A model generated the notes under the pieces. The model was not told the DNA's origin. It saw only the letters and a list, made by a program, of their open reading frames with translations, and ran no database searches. Shown here piece after piece: positions 38,421 through 48,580 of a stretch of DNA of 64,000 bases. The stretch is from positions 114,125 to 178,124 of the forward strand of contig CAZXUJ010000002.1 in assembly GCA_964643995.1 (NCBI GenBank), in the 5' to 3' direction. The DNA is from an uncultured Candidatus Saccharibacteria bacterium. Lineage in GTDB: Bacteria; Patescibacteriota; WWE3; UBA101185; UBA10185. The first letter of the stretch is position 1. Every line of letters begins with the position of its first letter. Position numbers and translations under genes: made by a program.

Positions 38421-39872
38421 CTAGTCACTAGACCTAACCACAAAGGGTAATAATGTTTCAAATCCAACAGGTGGTTCGGGGGTTACAGTAGGGGTAGGTG
38501 ACGGCGAGGGAGTGGGTGTGCTTGTTGGTGTAGGTGTTTCAGTGGGTACCACAGGTACTACATCAAGGAGAAACACATCCCAAGTACCGTTATTGTCACC
38601 TACAACAAGATTGGGCACTAATGACTCAAAAATCACACTATCTTGAGCAGTAAAAGCAGGGAAATGAGTTTTTTCCCCTTGACCACCACCACCAATCAAA
38701 AGAATGGTATGCCCATCCTTGTGAAGATATAGCCTACTTAGAAACCCCTGCACATTGGAGGTGAGATCAGACGCCATGGACTCGAAAACCACATGCCCTG
38801 AATCATTCACCGTGGCTCCAAAGAGTCCCGAATTGTTATCGGACTCACCACCAAAGCTATCCACAGACACCAAGGACAAGGTGTTACTGATGGTATCCAA
38901 CATATACACGTCGGAAAACCCATTGGTGTCTATAGAGGACAAATTCTCCGCAAACGACTGAAAAACTACATATCTGCCGTTTGGGGAAATCATAGGAAAT
39001 GAGCTTGAAGAGTCAGCAGGACCACCTTCAGTACTACGTACAACATACGACACTTCGTTGGTCGTAGAATCATAGAGGTATATGTCCTCAAATCCACTCC
39101 AAGCTCCAGTGGAAACCCAGTTACTGGCAGTGGACGAGAAAACAACACAAGACCCATCAAGATTAATTTTTGGTTCGTAGGACGCTCCGTTAGGTTCCAC
39201 ACCAAAACTTGGTACCAGACGCGAAAGTTCCCAAGTTACAACATTGCGCACGAAAATATCTGTGCGCAAGTTAGTATCCTCGGGAACGAGGTTTTTGGAG
39301 TCAGATGTGAAAACCACCCATTGGCCATTCCCTGATATTTGACTGCCACCAGAAAACCCGTCACCCTCTGCACCTGACCACGACGTCGAAACTCGAACAA
39401 CTTCTTGAGTTAGTGCATCCCAAACAAACACGTCAGGAGTTTGATTTGTATCATTTTCCACCAGATCAAAGGCATCTGAGGTAAACGACACAAACCGACC
39501 ATCTGCTGAAATTGAAGGATTCATGGAAGGGCCATTTGCCGGGCCATCACCACCTAAGCTATGGGACACTAAACAGATTTGCTGAGTTTGCATGTCTTTT
39601 AAGAAGATATCAGAGGCGTTATTTGTATCACCCACTACCAGATTATTGGCAAAAGAGTTAAATACGACGTAACGACCACTTGCAGATACAGCGGCAGATT
39701 GAGAGGCATTATTGCCAATAGTCCCCTCATTGTCAGCACTAACCAAAAAGACATCACCAAATGTTGCTTCAACGACTCCTGACGATACAAATATCATCAG
39801 AAATATAACCAACACGATAAAAACAATCCCACCCCGAAGGGTGGTTTCTCCAAACCGATTCACGGTATTCAT
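38421..39872 (-). CDS. Secreted TolB-like/PD40 beta-propeller protein with PT linker and C-terminal LLPFVVR motif
   Basis: Signal peptide; repeats S..GR.V.F.S.A.NLV..DTN...D[IV]F. Confidence 0.85.
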   Translation of the reverse strand: MNTVNRFGETTLRGGIVFIVLVIFLMIFVSSGVVEATFGDVFLVSADNEGTIGNNASQSAAVSASGRYVVFNSFANNLVVGDTNNASDIFLKDMQTQQICLVSHSLGGDGPANGPSMNPSISADGRFVSFTSDAFDLVENDTNQTPDVFVWDALTQEVVRVSTSWSGAEGDGFSGGSQISGNGQWVVFTSDSKNLVPEDTNLRTDIFVRNVVTWELSRLVPSFGVEPNGASYEPKINLDGSCVVFSSTASNWVSTGAWSGFEDIYLYDSTTNEVSYVVRSTEGGPADSSSSFPMISPNGRYVVFQSFAENLSSIDTNGFSDVYMLDTISNTLSLVSVDSFGGESDNNSGLFGATVNDSGHVVFESMASDLTSNVQGFLSRLYLHKDGHTILLIGGGGQGEKTHFPAFTAQDSVIFESLVPNLVVGDNNGTWDVFLLDVVPVVPTETPTPTSTPTPSPSPTPTVTPEPPVGFETLLPFVVRSSD

Positions 39873-39971
39873 TTTTTCGCTCCTATTGGATTTTTTGTTA
39901 AAGAGCTCGCAATAAGCAAGCCCTCCTTTTTTATAAAACGAGTAGTCTCAAACTCTAATGTACATTATAGG

Positions 39972-40856
39972 TCAAAAAAGTCCAAAATACCAATCAATCA
40001 ACATGTCACCCCAAAAAAGCATCACAAAACTCCCAAGGAGCAGAAATGGTCCAAATGGTACTGTATCCTTAATAGTTTTTCTCTTTGTCCAAACCAAGAG
40101 AATACTAAGCAAAGCACCAAAGAGAAAACCCAAGAATATGGCAAAGACATTATGGGGAAATCCATTAACAAGACCTATCAAAAAGGCCAATTTTACATCG
40201 CCACCACCCATAGCACGACCATTCTTTATAAGTGTAAGTAACCAAAAGAAAACACCGATGCCAATTGCACTTAACAAGATGTAAAGGTGATCCTTAAGCA
40301 CTGCCTGCCATTGTAAGTCCCAATATCCAGCCTTTATCAAGTATTTCCCAAAAGTATCGTTGTTTAAGCTCTGATAGGTATAGTAAAGTGAGAGCACCAT
40401 ACCAAGCACTAAGAAGGCAATAGTAACTAGGATTGCTGGAAATAAAACTTTATTGGGTAATAACAGATACTTTAGATCAGTTAAAAGCAATACAACATAA
40501 ACACTAAGCACAACTATCAAAAAAACGAAATACAACCAAGTAAAAGCAGTTGCTGTGTCTGAAAAGATCCCTATTTTATAAGCAGCAACTGCAAAAACAA
40601 AACCCGTTAAGACCTCTGAGATGGGGTAATACCAAGAAAGCTTCTTTTTGCAGTTTTTACAGGCACCTCTTTGAAGAAGGAAAGAAAATACTGGAATAAG
40701 TTCAAGAGCAGAAAGAACTTTGCTACAAAACTCACAAACGGAGCGACCTAAAAAGAAAGAACGGTTAGAGACGATTCTATCAGAGACAACATTTAGAAAG
40801 GATCCTATGAACAATCCTGCAATAAAAATCAATACGTATAAAACCCAAACAACCAT
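39972..40856 (-). CDS. pilD: Prepilin peptidase (A24)
   Basis: GSFLNVV, CEFC/CKNC, TDL, MGGGDVKL, PFGPFL. Confidence 0.93.
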   Translation of the reverse strand: MVVWVLYVLIFIAGLFIGSFLNVVSDRIVSNRSFFLGRSVCEFCSKVLSALELIPVFSFLLQRGACKNCKKKLSWYYPISEVLTGFVFAVAAYKIGIFSDTATAFTWLYFVFLIVVLSVYVVLLLTDLKYLLLPNKVLFPAILVTIAFLVLGMVLSLYYTYQSLNNDTFGKYLIKAGYWDLQWQAVLKDHLYILLSAIGIGVFFWLLTLIKNGRAMGGGDVKLAFLIGLVNGFPHNVFAIFLGFLFGALLSILLVWTKRKTIKDTVPFGPFLLLGSFVMLFWGDMLIDWYFGLF

Positions 40857-40883
40857 AGATCAATTATATACTGCTTATTGCGC

Positions 40884-40914
40884 AAAAGAAAAGACCCCAT
40901 TACTGGGGTCTTTC
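40884..40914 (-). terminator. Intrinsic terminator after pilin
   Basis: AAAGACCCCA/TGGGGTCTTT stem followed by TCTTTT on the minus strand. Confidence 0.8.
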
Positions 40915-40924
40915 CTAATGAACG

Positions 40925-41437
40925 TTAGTTTATAAGATCTAAACCAGGGTCTGTACCCATTTCGTAAACAGCAGCGTTGTCTCCGCCATCTGTCGTCATT
41001 TTATTTGCATTATCTGCGGCTTCCAGAACAGAATTGACTTCATAATTTGTGCCGTCAGATGCCCATGAGTAGGTACCTGTAGAAGGATCAGCTGGTAAAA
41101 CCGAAACAAATTTACCAAGGCCGGTTAATCCTACAGGAATTGTGAATTTGACCCATCCGTTTGCGCCATCTACACCCTGTCTTGGGGTTGCTGCAGTACT
41201 GGTACATGTTGCACAAACACCACTAGTATCTGTTAAAACGATTTCACCATCAGCTAAAGCTAAGGTGACTGCCTTATTCAAGGCATCCATATCTTCTAAT
41301 CTCTGTGCATCACGGCCTTCTTGCAATAATTGAGCTGGGTTCAAAACAACAAGCACAGCACCTGCTAATACACCAATAATTGCGATAACGATGATAAGTT
41401 CTACTAATGTAAAACCTTTTTGATTTTTGTTAAACAT
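40925..41437 (-). CDS. Type IV pilin, candidate major pilin
   Basis: KG|FTLVELI; RBS GGGAGGTG; follows pilC; own terminator. Confidence 0.9.
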   Translation of the reverse strand: MFNKNQKGFTLVELIIVIAIIGVLAGAVLVVLNPAQLLQEGRDAQRLEDMDALNKAVTLALADGEIVLTDTSGVCATCTSTAATPRQGVDGANGWVKFTIPVGLTGLGKFVSVLPADPSTGTYSWASDGTNYEVNSVLEAADNANKMTTDGGDNAAVYEMGTDPGLDLIN

Positions 41438-41460
41438 TCAATTCACCTCCCTTCAATCAG

Positions 41461-42663
41461 TTAAATTGCCGATGTAATCTTATAAATCGGCGTAATAATT
41501 GAAATTATCAAAAAACCAACCATACTACCTAACATGATTAATATTAGCGGTTCCAAAGCAGCAGAAAGACCTTCGACGGCATGACTTGCTTCTTTCTCAA
41601 AGAAATCTGCCAAACGATCCAAAACCTCATCTAAACGACCGGTTTCCTCTCCTGTAGACACCATATTTCCCAGAATAGGAGGAAACGCATCGTTGCTTTT
41701 GAGATAAATAGACAAGGTTCCACCCTTTTCTATACTTTTGGCTGCCTCTAAGCTACCTTTTTTAAACTCAATGCTTTGGACAACATTTGCAACAATATGT
41801 AAAGAATCAACAATAGGCACTGCCGAGGACAACAACAGACTTAGAGTTCGGGTAAACTCAGTCAGCTCACGCTTATGGTTAAGATTTCCAAAAATTGGAG
41901 TTTTAAATGCAAGCAAGGTAACCAAATTTTTACCACCATCTGTTTGAAGGAAATATCTCATACCAAAAATGAAAAAAATGCCCCCGCCAATTACCAAAAA
42001 CACATTGTTAACAAAAAAGTCTGACATAGTAATCATTAACTGGGTTGTCGCAGGTAACTCCACATTTAAGCTTTCATACATATCGGCAAGTTTGGGAACA
42101 ACAAACAACATAAGCATGAAAAAGACACCGATCATAGCAATAAATATAATTGTTGGATAAATCATTGCGGACTTAAACTTAGCTCGTAATTCTCGCTGAG
42201 ACTCCATGGTATCCGCCAATCTGGCCAAGATCTCATCAAGCCTACCAGAGGCCTCACCCGCTGAAACCAGTGACTGATATGTGGCTGCAAATACGTCAGG
42301 ATATTTTCCAAAAGCGTTAGCTAGTGAGGCACCACCCTCTACATCACGCAGTATATCAGTGAGAATTTTCTTGAATTTCAGATTTGTGGTCTGTTCGGCC
42401 AAAACACTTAGCGCTTTAGAAATAGAGAGACCGGCCGAGATCATGGTGGAAAGTTGTCTCGTAAAGGCAACAACCTCACCGAATGGAACACCTCTAAATG
42501 TCATTATACTTTCAAATACAGAGTCGTTTTTCTTGTTTAGGGTCAAAACGAAATAGCCCTGTTCTTTCAGTAAAGAGAAAGCAGCTTGTTGATTACGTGC
42601 ATCAACAATACCATTCTTTCTACCACCTTTTTGGTCCATTGCGGTATAGGTAAATGCTGACAT
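41461..42663 (-). CDS. pilC: Type IV pilus platform protein PilC/GspF
   Basis: FTRQLSTM, GEASGRLD, AMIYP, GEETGRLD, LEP. Confidence 0.95.
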   Translation of the reverse strand: MSAFTYTAMDQKGGRKNGIVDARNQQAAFSLLKEQGYFVLTLNKKNDSVFESIMTFRGVPFGEVVAFTRQLSTMISAGLSISKALSVLAEQTTNLKFKKILTDILRDVEGGASLANAFGKYPDVFAATYQSLVSAGEASGRLDEILARLADTMESQRELRAKFKSAMIYPTIIFIAMIGVFFMLMLFVVPKLADMYESLNVELPATTQLMITMSDFFVNNVFLVIGGGIFFIFGMRYFLQTDGGKNLVTLLAFKTPIFGNLNHKRELTEFTRTLSLLLSSAVPIVDSLHIVANVVQSIEFKKGSLEAAKSIEKGGTLSIYLKSNDAFPPILGNMVSTGEETGRLDEVLDRLADFFEKEASHAVEGLSAALEPLILIMLGSMVGFLIISIITPIYKITSAI

Positions 42664-42666
42664 ACG

Positions 42667-43737
42667 CTAGCCTCTCACTCCCTTTATCAATCTACGCAAC
42701 ATGTCTGGGCTAACTGAGAATTTCATTGCTTCTTCCTCAGTTATCTCCTCTCGATGCACCAACAAGGCAAGACTTGAGTCCAACCCGATCATCCCAATAT
42801 TTGAGCTTGTACCTATAACATTATCAAGCTGGTGCGATTTACCCTCACGAATTAGGCTACGAACAGCATCACTACCTAACATTATTTCTACTGCTGGTAC
42901 AACACCTGACTTTTTTGATGGAATTAATCTTTGGGACACTACAGCCTCCAAAACCTGAGATAACTGAAGCTTTATCTGCAATTGCTTAACCTCAGGAAAA
43001 CTACTAATCATACGATCTATACTTTGTGAAGCCGAATTAGTATGCATTGTTGCAAAAACTAAATGACCGGTTTCAGCAATCGTTAAACAGGACTGTGTAG
43101 TCTCGATGTCTCTAAGTTCGCCTATGAAGACTACGTTAGGATCTTGACGTAAAATAGCTCTCAAAGCACCATCCCAAGAATGAGTGTCCAAATACATCTC
43201 GCGTTGTTCAACTAACGACTTTTTATTAGTAAAAATATATTCGATTGGATCTTCAATGGTAACGATGTGCTCTGAACGAGTCTCATTGATATGATCTATC
43301 AATGCTGCTATTGTAGTAGATTTGCCATGCCCAGTAGGTCCTACAACCAATACCAATCCCTGACGTATATCACATAATCTGGTGATTATTTCAGGTAAGT
43401 TGAGATCCGTTAGCTTTGGAATAACCAATGGAATAACACGTAGAGCAACAGCAGGGTAACCCTTTTGGTAGAAAGCGTTGACCCTAAAACGAGCCTTATT
43501 ACTAAGTGCAACTGAAAAGTCTACCTCACGATTAACCTCCAAGATATTCTTTTGCTCTTCGGTCAGAACTTTGGACAAAAACAAGTTGATATCATCAACA
43601 GTGAGAACATCTGTGTCCTCAAGAGGGTAGAGTTCACGATCTACACGAACTACAGGAGAAATCCCAACAGTAAGGTGCAAATCAGAGGCTCCTTGTTCTA
43701 TTACATTTTCTAAAATTTTTGATACGTTAAACGCCAT
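42667..43737 (-). CDS. pilT: Pilus retraction ATPase
   Basis: ASDLHL, GPTGHGKST, TIEDPIE, LRQDPN, AVRSLIRE. Confidence 0.93.
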   Translation of the reverse strand: MAFNVSKILENVIEQGASDLHLTVGISPVVRVDRELYPLEDTDVLTVDDINLFLSKVLTEEQKNILEVNREVDFSVALSNKARFRVNAFYQKGYPAVALRVIPLVIPKLTDLNLPEIITRLCDIRQGLVLVVGPTGHGKSTTIAALIDHINETRSEHIVTIEDPIEYIFTNKKSLVEQREMYLDTHSWDGALRAILRQDPNVVFIGELRDIETTQSCLTIAETGHLVFATMHTNSASQSIDRMISSFPEVKQLQIKLQLSQVLEAVVSQRLIPSKKSGVVPAVEIMLGSDAVRSLIREGKSHQLDNVIGTSSNIGMIGLDSSLALLVHREEITEEEAMKFSVSPDMLRRLIKGVRG

Positions 43738-43776
43738 ATACTTTTGCCCTCGAAAAGCAGGTCTGTACTCAGATCG

Positions 43777-45552
43777 CTAATTATTTGCCACTCTCATAAC
43801 CTCTTCCAAGGTAGTAGCCCCTTCCACAACTCGTAAATAACCATCCTGAACCAAAGTAAGCATTCCATCAGCTATAGCCGCCTCAGCTATCATGTTTTCT
43901 GGCTTATGCTCAAGTATCATTTTTCCAATCTCATTGGACATTTCCAAAACTTCAAAAATACCTATTCGACCTTTATACCCAGAATTTCCACATTTATCAC
44001 AGCCTTTTCCTCGGGAGAGCTTTAGTTTACCCTTGCCAACTTTTGCTATAGTTTCTGCGATGATTTTGTCTTTGTGCATCAAAACTTCTGAGCTCTGAAC
44101 ATTTGCCAAAATTTTTCTTATATCCTTTTCAATTTCATCAGGTGCATCGTACGTCTCCTTACAATCGGCACAGATTTTTCTAACTAAGCGTTGAGCAAGT
44201 ATAGCGTTCACTGTGGATGCCAAAAGAAAATTTTCTACTCCCATATCTATCAAACGGGGGAGTGCCCCAGCCGCTGAGTTTGTGTGTAAAGTTGACAAAA
44301 CAAGGTGACCGGTCAAAGCAGCATGTATGGCAAGTTCTGCCGTTTCACTATCTCGAACCTCTCCTACCATTATTATATTTGGATCTTGTCTTAAAAATGC
44401 TCTTAGTCCAGAAGAGAAGGTTAGTCCAGCCTTGGGATTAACCTGAACGTGATTGACCCCAGGTACTCTAATTTCAACCGGGTCCTCAATGGTAACAACG
44501 TTAACCCTAACAGTGTTAAGTTTAGCTAAAGCGGTTGCAAGGGTAACGGTCTTACCCGAACCTGTGGGACCTGTAACAAGTACCATACCAACCGGCCTTA
44601 TTATTGCTTCTTCAAAACGCTTCAAAGATAAGCCGCGCAAACCAAGATCTTTATAGGTAAAAACATTACCTTGCTCTTTCAATAATCGAATAACCACCTT
44701 TTCACCAAATACTGTGGGTAAGGTTGAAACTCTCAAATCAGTGCCTGTGTTACCCACCTGTACTTTAAAACGACCGTCTTGAGGAATACGTTTCTCGTCG
44801 ATCTTCATGACCGAAAGTATCTTTATACGAGCAACAATAGATTCATGCATCTCCTTAGGGAATTTTCTTTTTTCTTGTAAAACACCATCAACACGGTAAC
44901 GTAATCTAGTATCAGATTCGGTTGGTTCGATGTGTACATCAGAAGCACCAATTTTTACAGCGGTTTCTAAGATCATACCTACAATACGAGCAATAGGTGC
45001 ATCTCTAATTGTTGCATCGTCGGCATTCAAATCGCCAGAATCACCTTTAAGCTGTAAAGTGGTAGCACTTATTTCTTCTAGTGCAGCACTAATTTCTTCT
45101 GAGATGGCTTTTCCTTGAACTTCACCTAATACCGCCTCTATCTCCTTAAGGGTCGAGATGTAGGGTTTTACAGTGTAGCCAGTTTTTCTTTCGATAAATT
45201 CAATGGTCTGGAGGTCTAGTGGATCAACCATAGCCACCGATAGAACGTTATCATTCATGTCTAACATAAACGGCGCTACTTGATATCTTTTCTCTACAGC
45301 AACAGGCAGTAACTCCAAAACATTTTGTTCGATTTTGACTTCTTGGGGATTAATATATTCAATGCCGTATACCTCACCAAAAGACTTCACAAAATCCTCG
45401 TTTGTGACGTAACCACGTTCTTTAATAATAGTCTCAGCACTCTTACCAGTATTTACATGTTCGAATTTAACAGCAGATAGCTGATCTGCATTTATGAGGG
45501 TTTTTTCGAAGAGAACGTCTTCTATTCCTTTATGTGCGTTTGTTGAATCCAT
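43777..45552 (-). CDS. pilB: Pilus assembly ATPase PilB/GspE
   Basis: ASDVHIEP, GPTGSGKT, LRQDPN, CxxC...CxxC, GRIGIFE. Confidence 0.95.
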   Translation of the reverse strand: MDSTNAHKGIEDVLFEKTLINADQLSAVKFEHVNTGKSAETIIKERGYVTNEDFVKSFGEVYGIEYINPQEVKIEQNVLELLPVAVEKRYQVAPFMLDMNDNVLSVAMVDPLDLQTIEFIERKTGYTVKPYISTLKEIEAVLGEVQGKAISEEISAALEEISATTLQLKGDSGDLNADDATIRDAPIARIVGMILETAVKIGASDVHIEPTESDTRLRYRVDGVLQEKRKFPKEMHESIVARIKILSVMKIDEKRIPQDGRFKVQVGNTGTDLRVSTLPTVFGEKVVIRLLKEQGNVFTYKDLGLRGLSLKRFEEAIIRPVGMVLVTGPTGSGKTVTLATALAKLNTVRVNVVTIEDPVEIRVPGVNHVQVNPKAGLTFSSGLRAFLRQDPNIIMVGEVRDSETAELAIHAALTGHLVLSTLHTNSAAGALPRLIDMGVENFLLASTVNAILAQRLVRKICADCKETYDAPDEIEKDIRKILANVQSSEVLMHKDKIIAETIAKVGKGKLKLSRGKGCDKCGNSGYKGRIGIFEVLEMSNEIGKMILEHKPENMIAEAAIADGMLTLVQDGYLRVVEGATTLEEVMRVANN

Positions 45553-45631
45553 AGGGCAGTTACACCATAATCTTACCAGTTATATTCTACTTAGTGCAAT
45601 AATTCTAAAATATCTAGTATAAAATGAACAT

Positions 45632-46294
45632 ATGAATCTAGAGGGAAGCATACTAATATATGGCGGAGATAGGGCAGCAAGAAATAATAAAATTTTAGAA
45701 TTACTTGGGCAAAATCAAATCTCCGTGGAAAATAACCCAGACGTCTTGAATGTAAGGTTAATAGAGGATAAGAAATCCATAGGAATAGGAACAGTCAAAG
45801 ACAATATAAAAGCCTTGGGACAAAAACCCTTTTCACACAAATACAAAATACTTATTATCTGGGAAGCGGATTTGATGACTATTGAGGCACAAAACACACT
45901 TCTAAAAATCCTTGAAGAACCACCCGAGTATGCAACTATAATTTTATGTGCACCAACAAAAACCGCAGTCCTACCAACGATACTATCTAGATGCAAAAGG
46001 GTGGAGTTGAAATCCAAAGCTTATGAAGATAGCAAAGAACGCGCATTTTTTGAGCTTTTTCAAATGAGTTTAGGAGATAGAATGTCCTGGGCGGCTGAAG
46101 TCTCCAAAGAGGATAGAGAAGTAGTAATTGACATTGTAAAAGATTTGATTCTGGATTTGGAAATATCTGCAAGAACCGAGCCTACAATGAAAGCTGCCCA
46201 AGCATTGGTAAAGCTTAGTGAGGTTAGGAATGATCTTTTGAAGACCAATGTGAATTTGAAATTGGCACTTGAGTACCTGGTGTTATCTGTTTAG
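45632..46294 (+). CDS. holB: DNA polymerase III delta-prime-like clamp loader subunit (short)
   Basis: NPDV, AQNTLLKILEEPP, LPTILSRC. Confidence 0.8.
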   Translation: MNLEGSILIYGGDRAARNNKILELLGQNQISVENNPDVLNVRLIEDKKSIGIGTVKDNIKALGQKPFSHKYKILIIWEADLMTIEAQNTLLKILEEPPEYATIILCAPTKTAVLPTILSRCKRVELKSKAYEDSKERAFFELFQMSLGDRMSWAAEVSKEDREVVIDIVKDLILDLEISARTEPTMKAAQALVKLSEVRNDLLKTNVNLKLALEYLVLSV

Positions 46295-46449
46295 TTCTAG
46301 GGACTCTAGTGCACTGAGATTTCAGTAGCATTAAAGTCCCCGACAGGGCTACCTGTATGTTTGCACGTCAATTCTCCTTTGGGCCATGCCCACGTTCAGT
46401 AAGATACCTAATCTTTAACATAACCATATAACACGTGCAAGTTTAGAAC
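46294..46449. ncRNA. Candidate structured intergenic element, unassigned
   Basis: Nested stems GTTCTA/TAGAAC, GGGACT/AGTCCC, ACAGG/CCTGT, TTGCACGT/ACGTGCAA, GGGC/GCCC. Confidence 0.35.
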
Positions 46450-46453
46450 GCTG

Positions 46454-46482
46454 TTGAAACAGAGGTGTAAATCCTTTACAAT
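46454..46482 (+). promoter_or_regulatory. gyrB promoter
   Basis: TTGAAA-17 nt-TACAAT. Confidence 0.7.
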
Positions 46483-46511
46483 GAAACCCGCGCTAGGATA
46501 TTTCTTTTTTT

Positions 46512-48479
46512 ATGTCAAACCAAGCTTATGATGCAGATCAAATACAAGTCCTTGAGGGCCTAGACCCTGTAAGAAAACGTCCAGGTATGTATATTGGTTC
46601 TACTGGGCAAGTAGGACTTCATCACCTAGTACAAGAAATATTAAATAACTCGATGGACGAGGCTATGGCCGGGTTTGCGAATCACATACGAGTAGTTTTT
46701 TTGAAAGATGGGTCAGTCGCAGTATACGATAATGGTCGAGGAATACCTTATGGCATAAAGAAAGACCAAGGAAAATCGGCTTTAGAGCTAGTATTTACAG
46801 TTCTACACGCTGGAGGTAAATTCGGGGGTGGCGGTTACAAAGTATCAAGCGGACTACACGGTGTTGGAGCTTCTGTTGTTAATGCATTATCTCATTGGCT
46901 TAGGGTTGTTGTAATCAGGCAAAAAGAAATAGTTGTGCAAGAGTTTCAAGATGGGGGACACGTTGTTCGCGACGTTGAACCTCTAGACAGGAAAAAACCA
47001 GTAACAAAACTCAAGGGAGAAGAGTGGAACTTGGATGTTGAATCATGGAATTATGAAACCGGATCAATTGTCCAGTTCAAACCTGACGCTACAATATTTG
47101 AAACCGTAGACTTTAAATTAAAGCATTTCATGAACCTAATGAAGGAATATGCCTACCTAACTGCCGACATTAAATTCGAGGTTATTGACCACCGTACAGA
47201 GGAGCACTATTGTTTTTACTTTGAAGGTGGGATTAAAGCTTACATCAAATCCCTTAACAAAAATAAAAAACCTCTTCACGACAATATTTTTTATGTTGGC
47301 AAAGAAGAGGATAACGTATCTGTTGAATTAGCATTACAATACAACGACACCTTTACTGAAAACGTGCTAACTTTTGCAAACCACATTCGTACGGTCGAGG
47401 ACGGTACCCATCTAACTGGTTTTAGAGCCGCTTTGACTAAGGTCATAAATGACTACGCAAGATCCAAAGAAATAATAAAGGAGAAAGATGCCAATCTATC
47501 GGGAGACGATTTAAAAGAGGGCTTAACGGCGGTTATCTCTGTGAAACTTGATTCAGACATTTTACAGTTCGAAGGGCAAACTAAGGCTAAACTCGGTAAT
47601 TCTCATGTCAGAACAGCAGTGGAAAAAGTAACAAAAGATGCATTAGAGTTGTTTTTGGGAGAACACCCTCGCGACGCGCAAGCTATAATTGAAAAAAATG
47701 TACTAGCACTAAAAGCTCGAATAGCAGCTAAAGCCGCCAGAGATACCATTATCAGAAAAACTGTTATGGAGGGTGGGGGAGTTTTACCTGGACAATTGGC
47801 CGATTGTTCAGAACGCGATCCATCGAAAACTGAGCTTTTCATAGTAGAAGGAGATTCAGCAGGAGGTTCAGCTAAACAAGGCCGTGATAGGGATACTCAA
47901 GCAATACTACCTTTGTTTGGTAAACCGCCTAATGCAGAAAAAACCCGTCTTGATAAACTTGTTGCCAACGAACGATATAAAAGCTTGGTGTTGGCATTGG
48001 GCACAGGAATCGGGGATGTCTATAATCCAGCAAAACTTAGGTACCACAAATTAATAATCATGGCAGATGCTGATGTGGACGGTTATCATATTGGAACTCT
48101 GTACTTAACATTTTTTTATAGGTACATGAAGGAGTTGATTGAAGGGGGACATGTTTACCTTGCCTCTCCACCTCTATTTAAGGCTACTTGGGGTAAAAAC
48201 AAAAAATATCTTACTGATGAAGCGGAAGCTGACCTGTTTCGCAAAACAGATGATGGACAAAAAGCTCTTATTCAAAGATTTAAAGGTTTGGGTGAAATGA
48301 ACGAAGATGAACTTTGGGAAACAACAATGAATCCACAGACACGAATATTAAAACAAATAAACATTGAAGATGCCGCTCATGCAGACGATGTATTTAGCAC
48401 ACTTATGGGTTCCGAAGTTCCACCACGCAAAAAATTTATTATGAACCACGCCAAAGATGCAGCCGTTGACGTAACCTAA
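46512..48479 (+). CDS. gyrB: DNA gyrase subunit B
   Basis: VRKRPGMYIG, DNGRGIP, GLHGVG, VEGDSAGG, DADVDG, RFKGLGEM. Confidence 0.95.
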   Translation: MSNQAYDADQIQVLEGLDPVRKRPGMYIGSTGQVGLHHLVQEILNNSMDEAMAGFANHIRVVFLKDGSVAVYDNGRGIPYGIKKDQGKSALELVFTVLHAGGKFGGGGYKVSSGLHGVGASVVNALSHWLRVVVIRQKEIVVQEFQDGGHVVRDVEPLDRKKPVTKLKGEEWNLDVESWNYETGSIVQFKPDATIFETVDFKLKHFMNLMKEYAYLTADIKFEVIDHRTEEHYCFYFEGGIKAYIKSLNKNKKPLHDNIFYVGKEEDNVSVELALQYNDTFTENVLTFANHIRTVEDGTHLTGFRAALTKVINDYARSKEIIKEKDANLSGDDLKEGLTAVISVKLDSDILQFEGQTKAKLGNSHVRTAVEKVTKDALELFLGEHPRDAQAIIEKNVLALKARIAAKAARDTIIRKTVMEGGGVLPGQLADCSERDPSKTELFIVEGDSAGGSAKQGRDRDTQAILPLFGKPPNAEKTRLDKLVANERYKSLVLALGTGIGDVYNPAKLRYHKLIIMADADVDGYHIGTLYLTFFYRYMKELIEGGHVYLASPPLFKATWGKNKKYLTDEAEADLFRKTDDGQKALIQRFKGLGEMNEDELWETTMNPQTRILKQINIEDAAHADDVFSTLMGSEVPPRKKFIMNHAKDAAVDVT

Positions 48480-48580
48480 GCCATTTTTTCCAAAACTTGA
48501 TAAAACAGCCCAAAAAGGCTATTATACCCTCCATACCCCCCAAAAAAGTTTCTTCCAAGTTGGATTAATCGTGGGGAGAA

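Noticed and set aside
46300-46345. TPP riboswitch-like GGACTC...CTGAGA
   Set aside because: Downstream ACCTGA and TAATGC-type core elements are missing and gyrB is an implausible target
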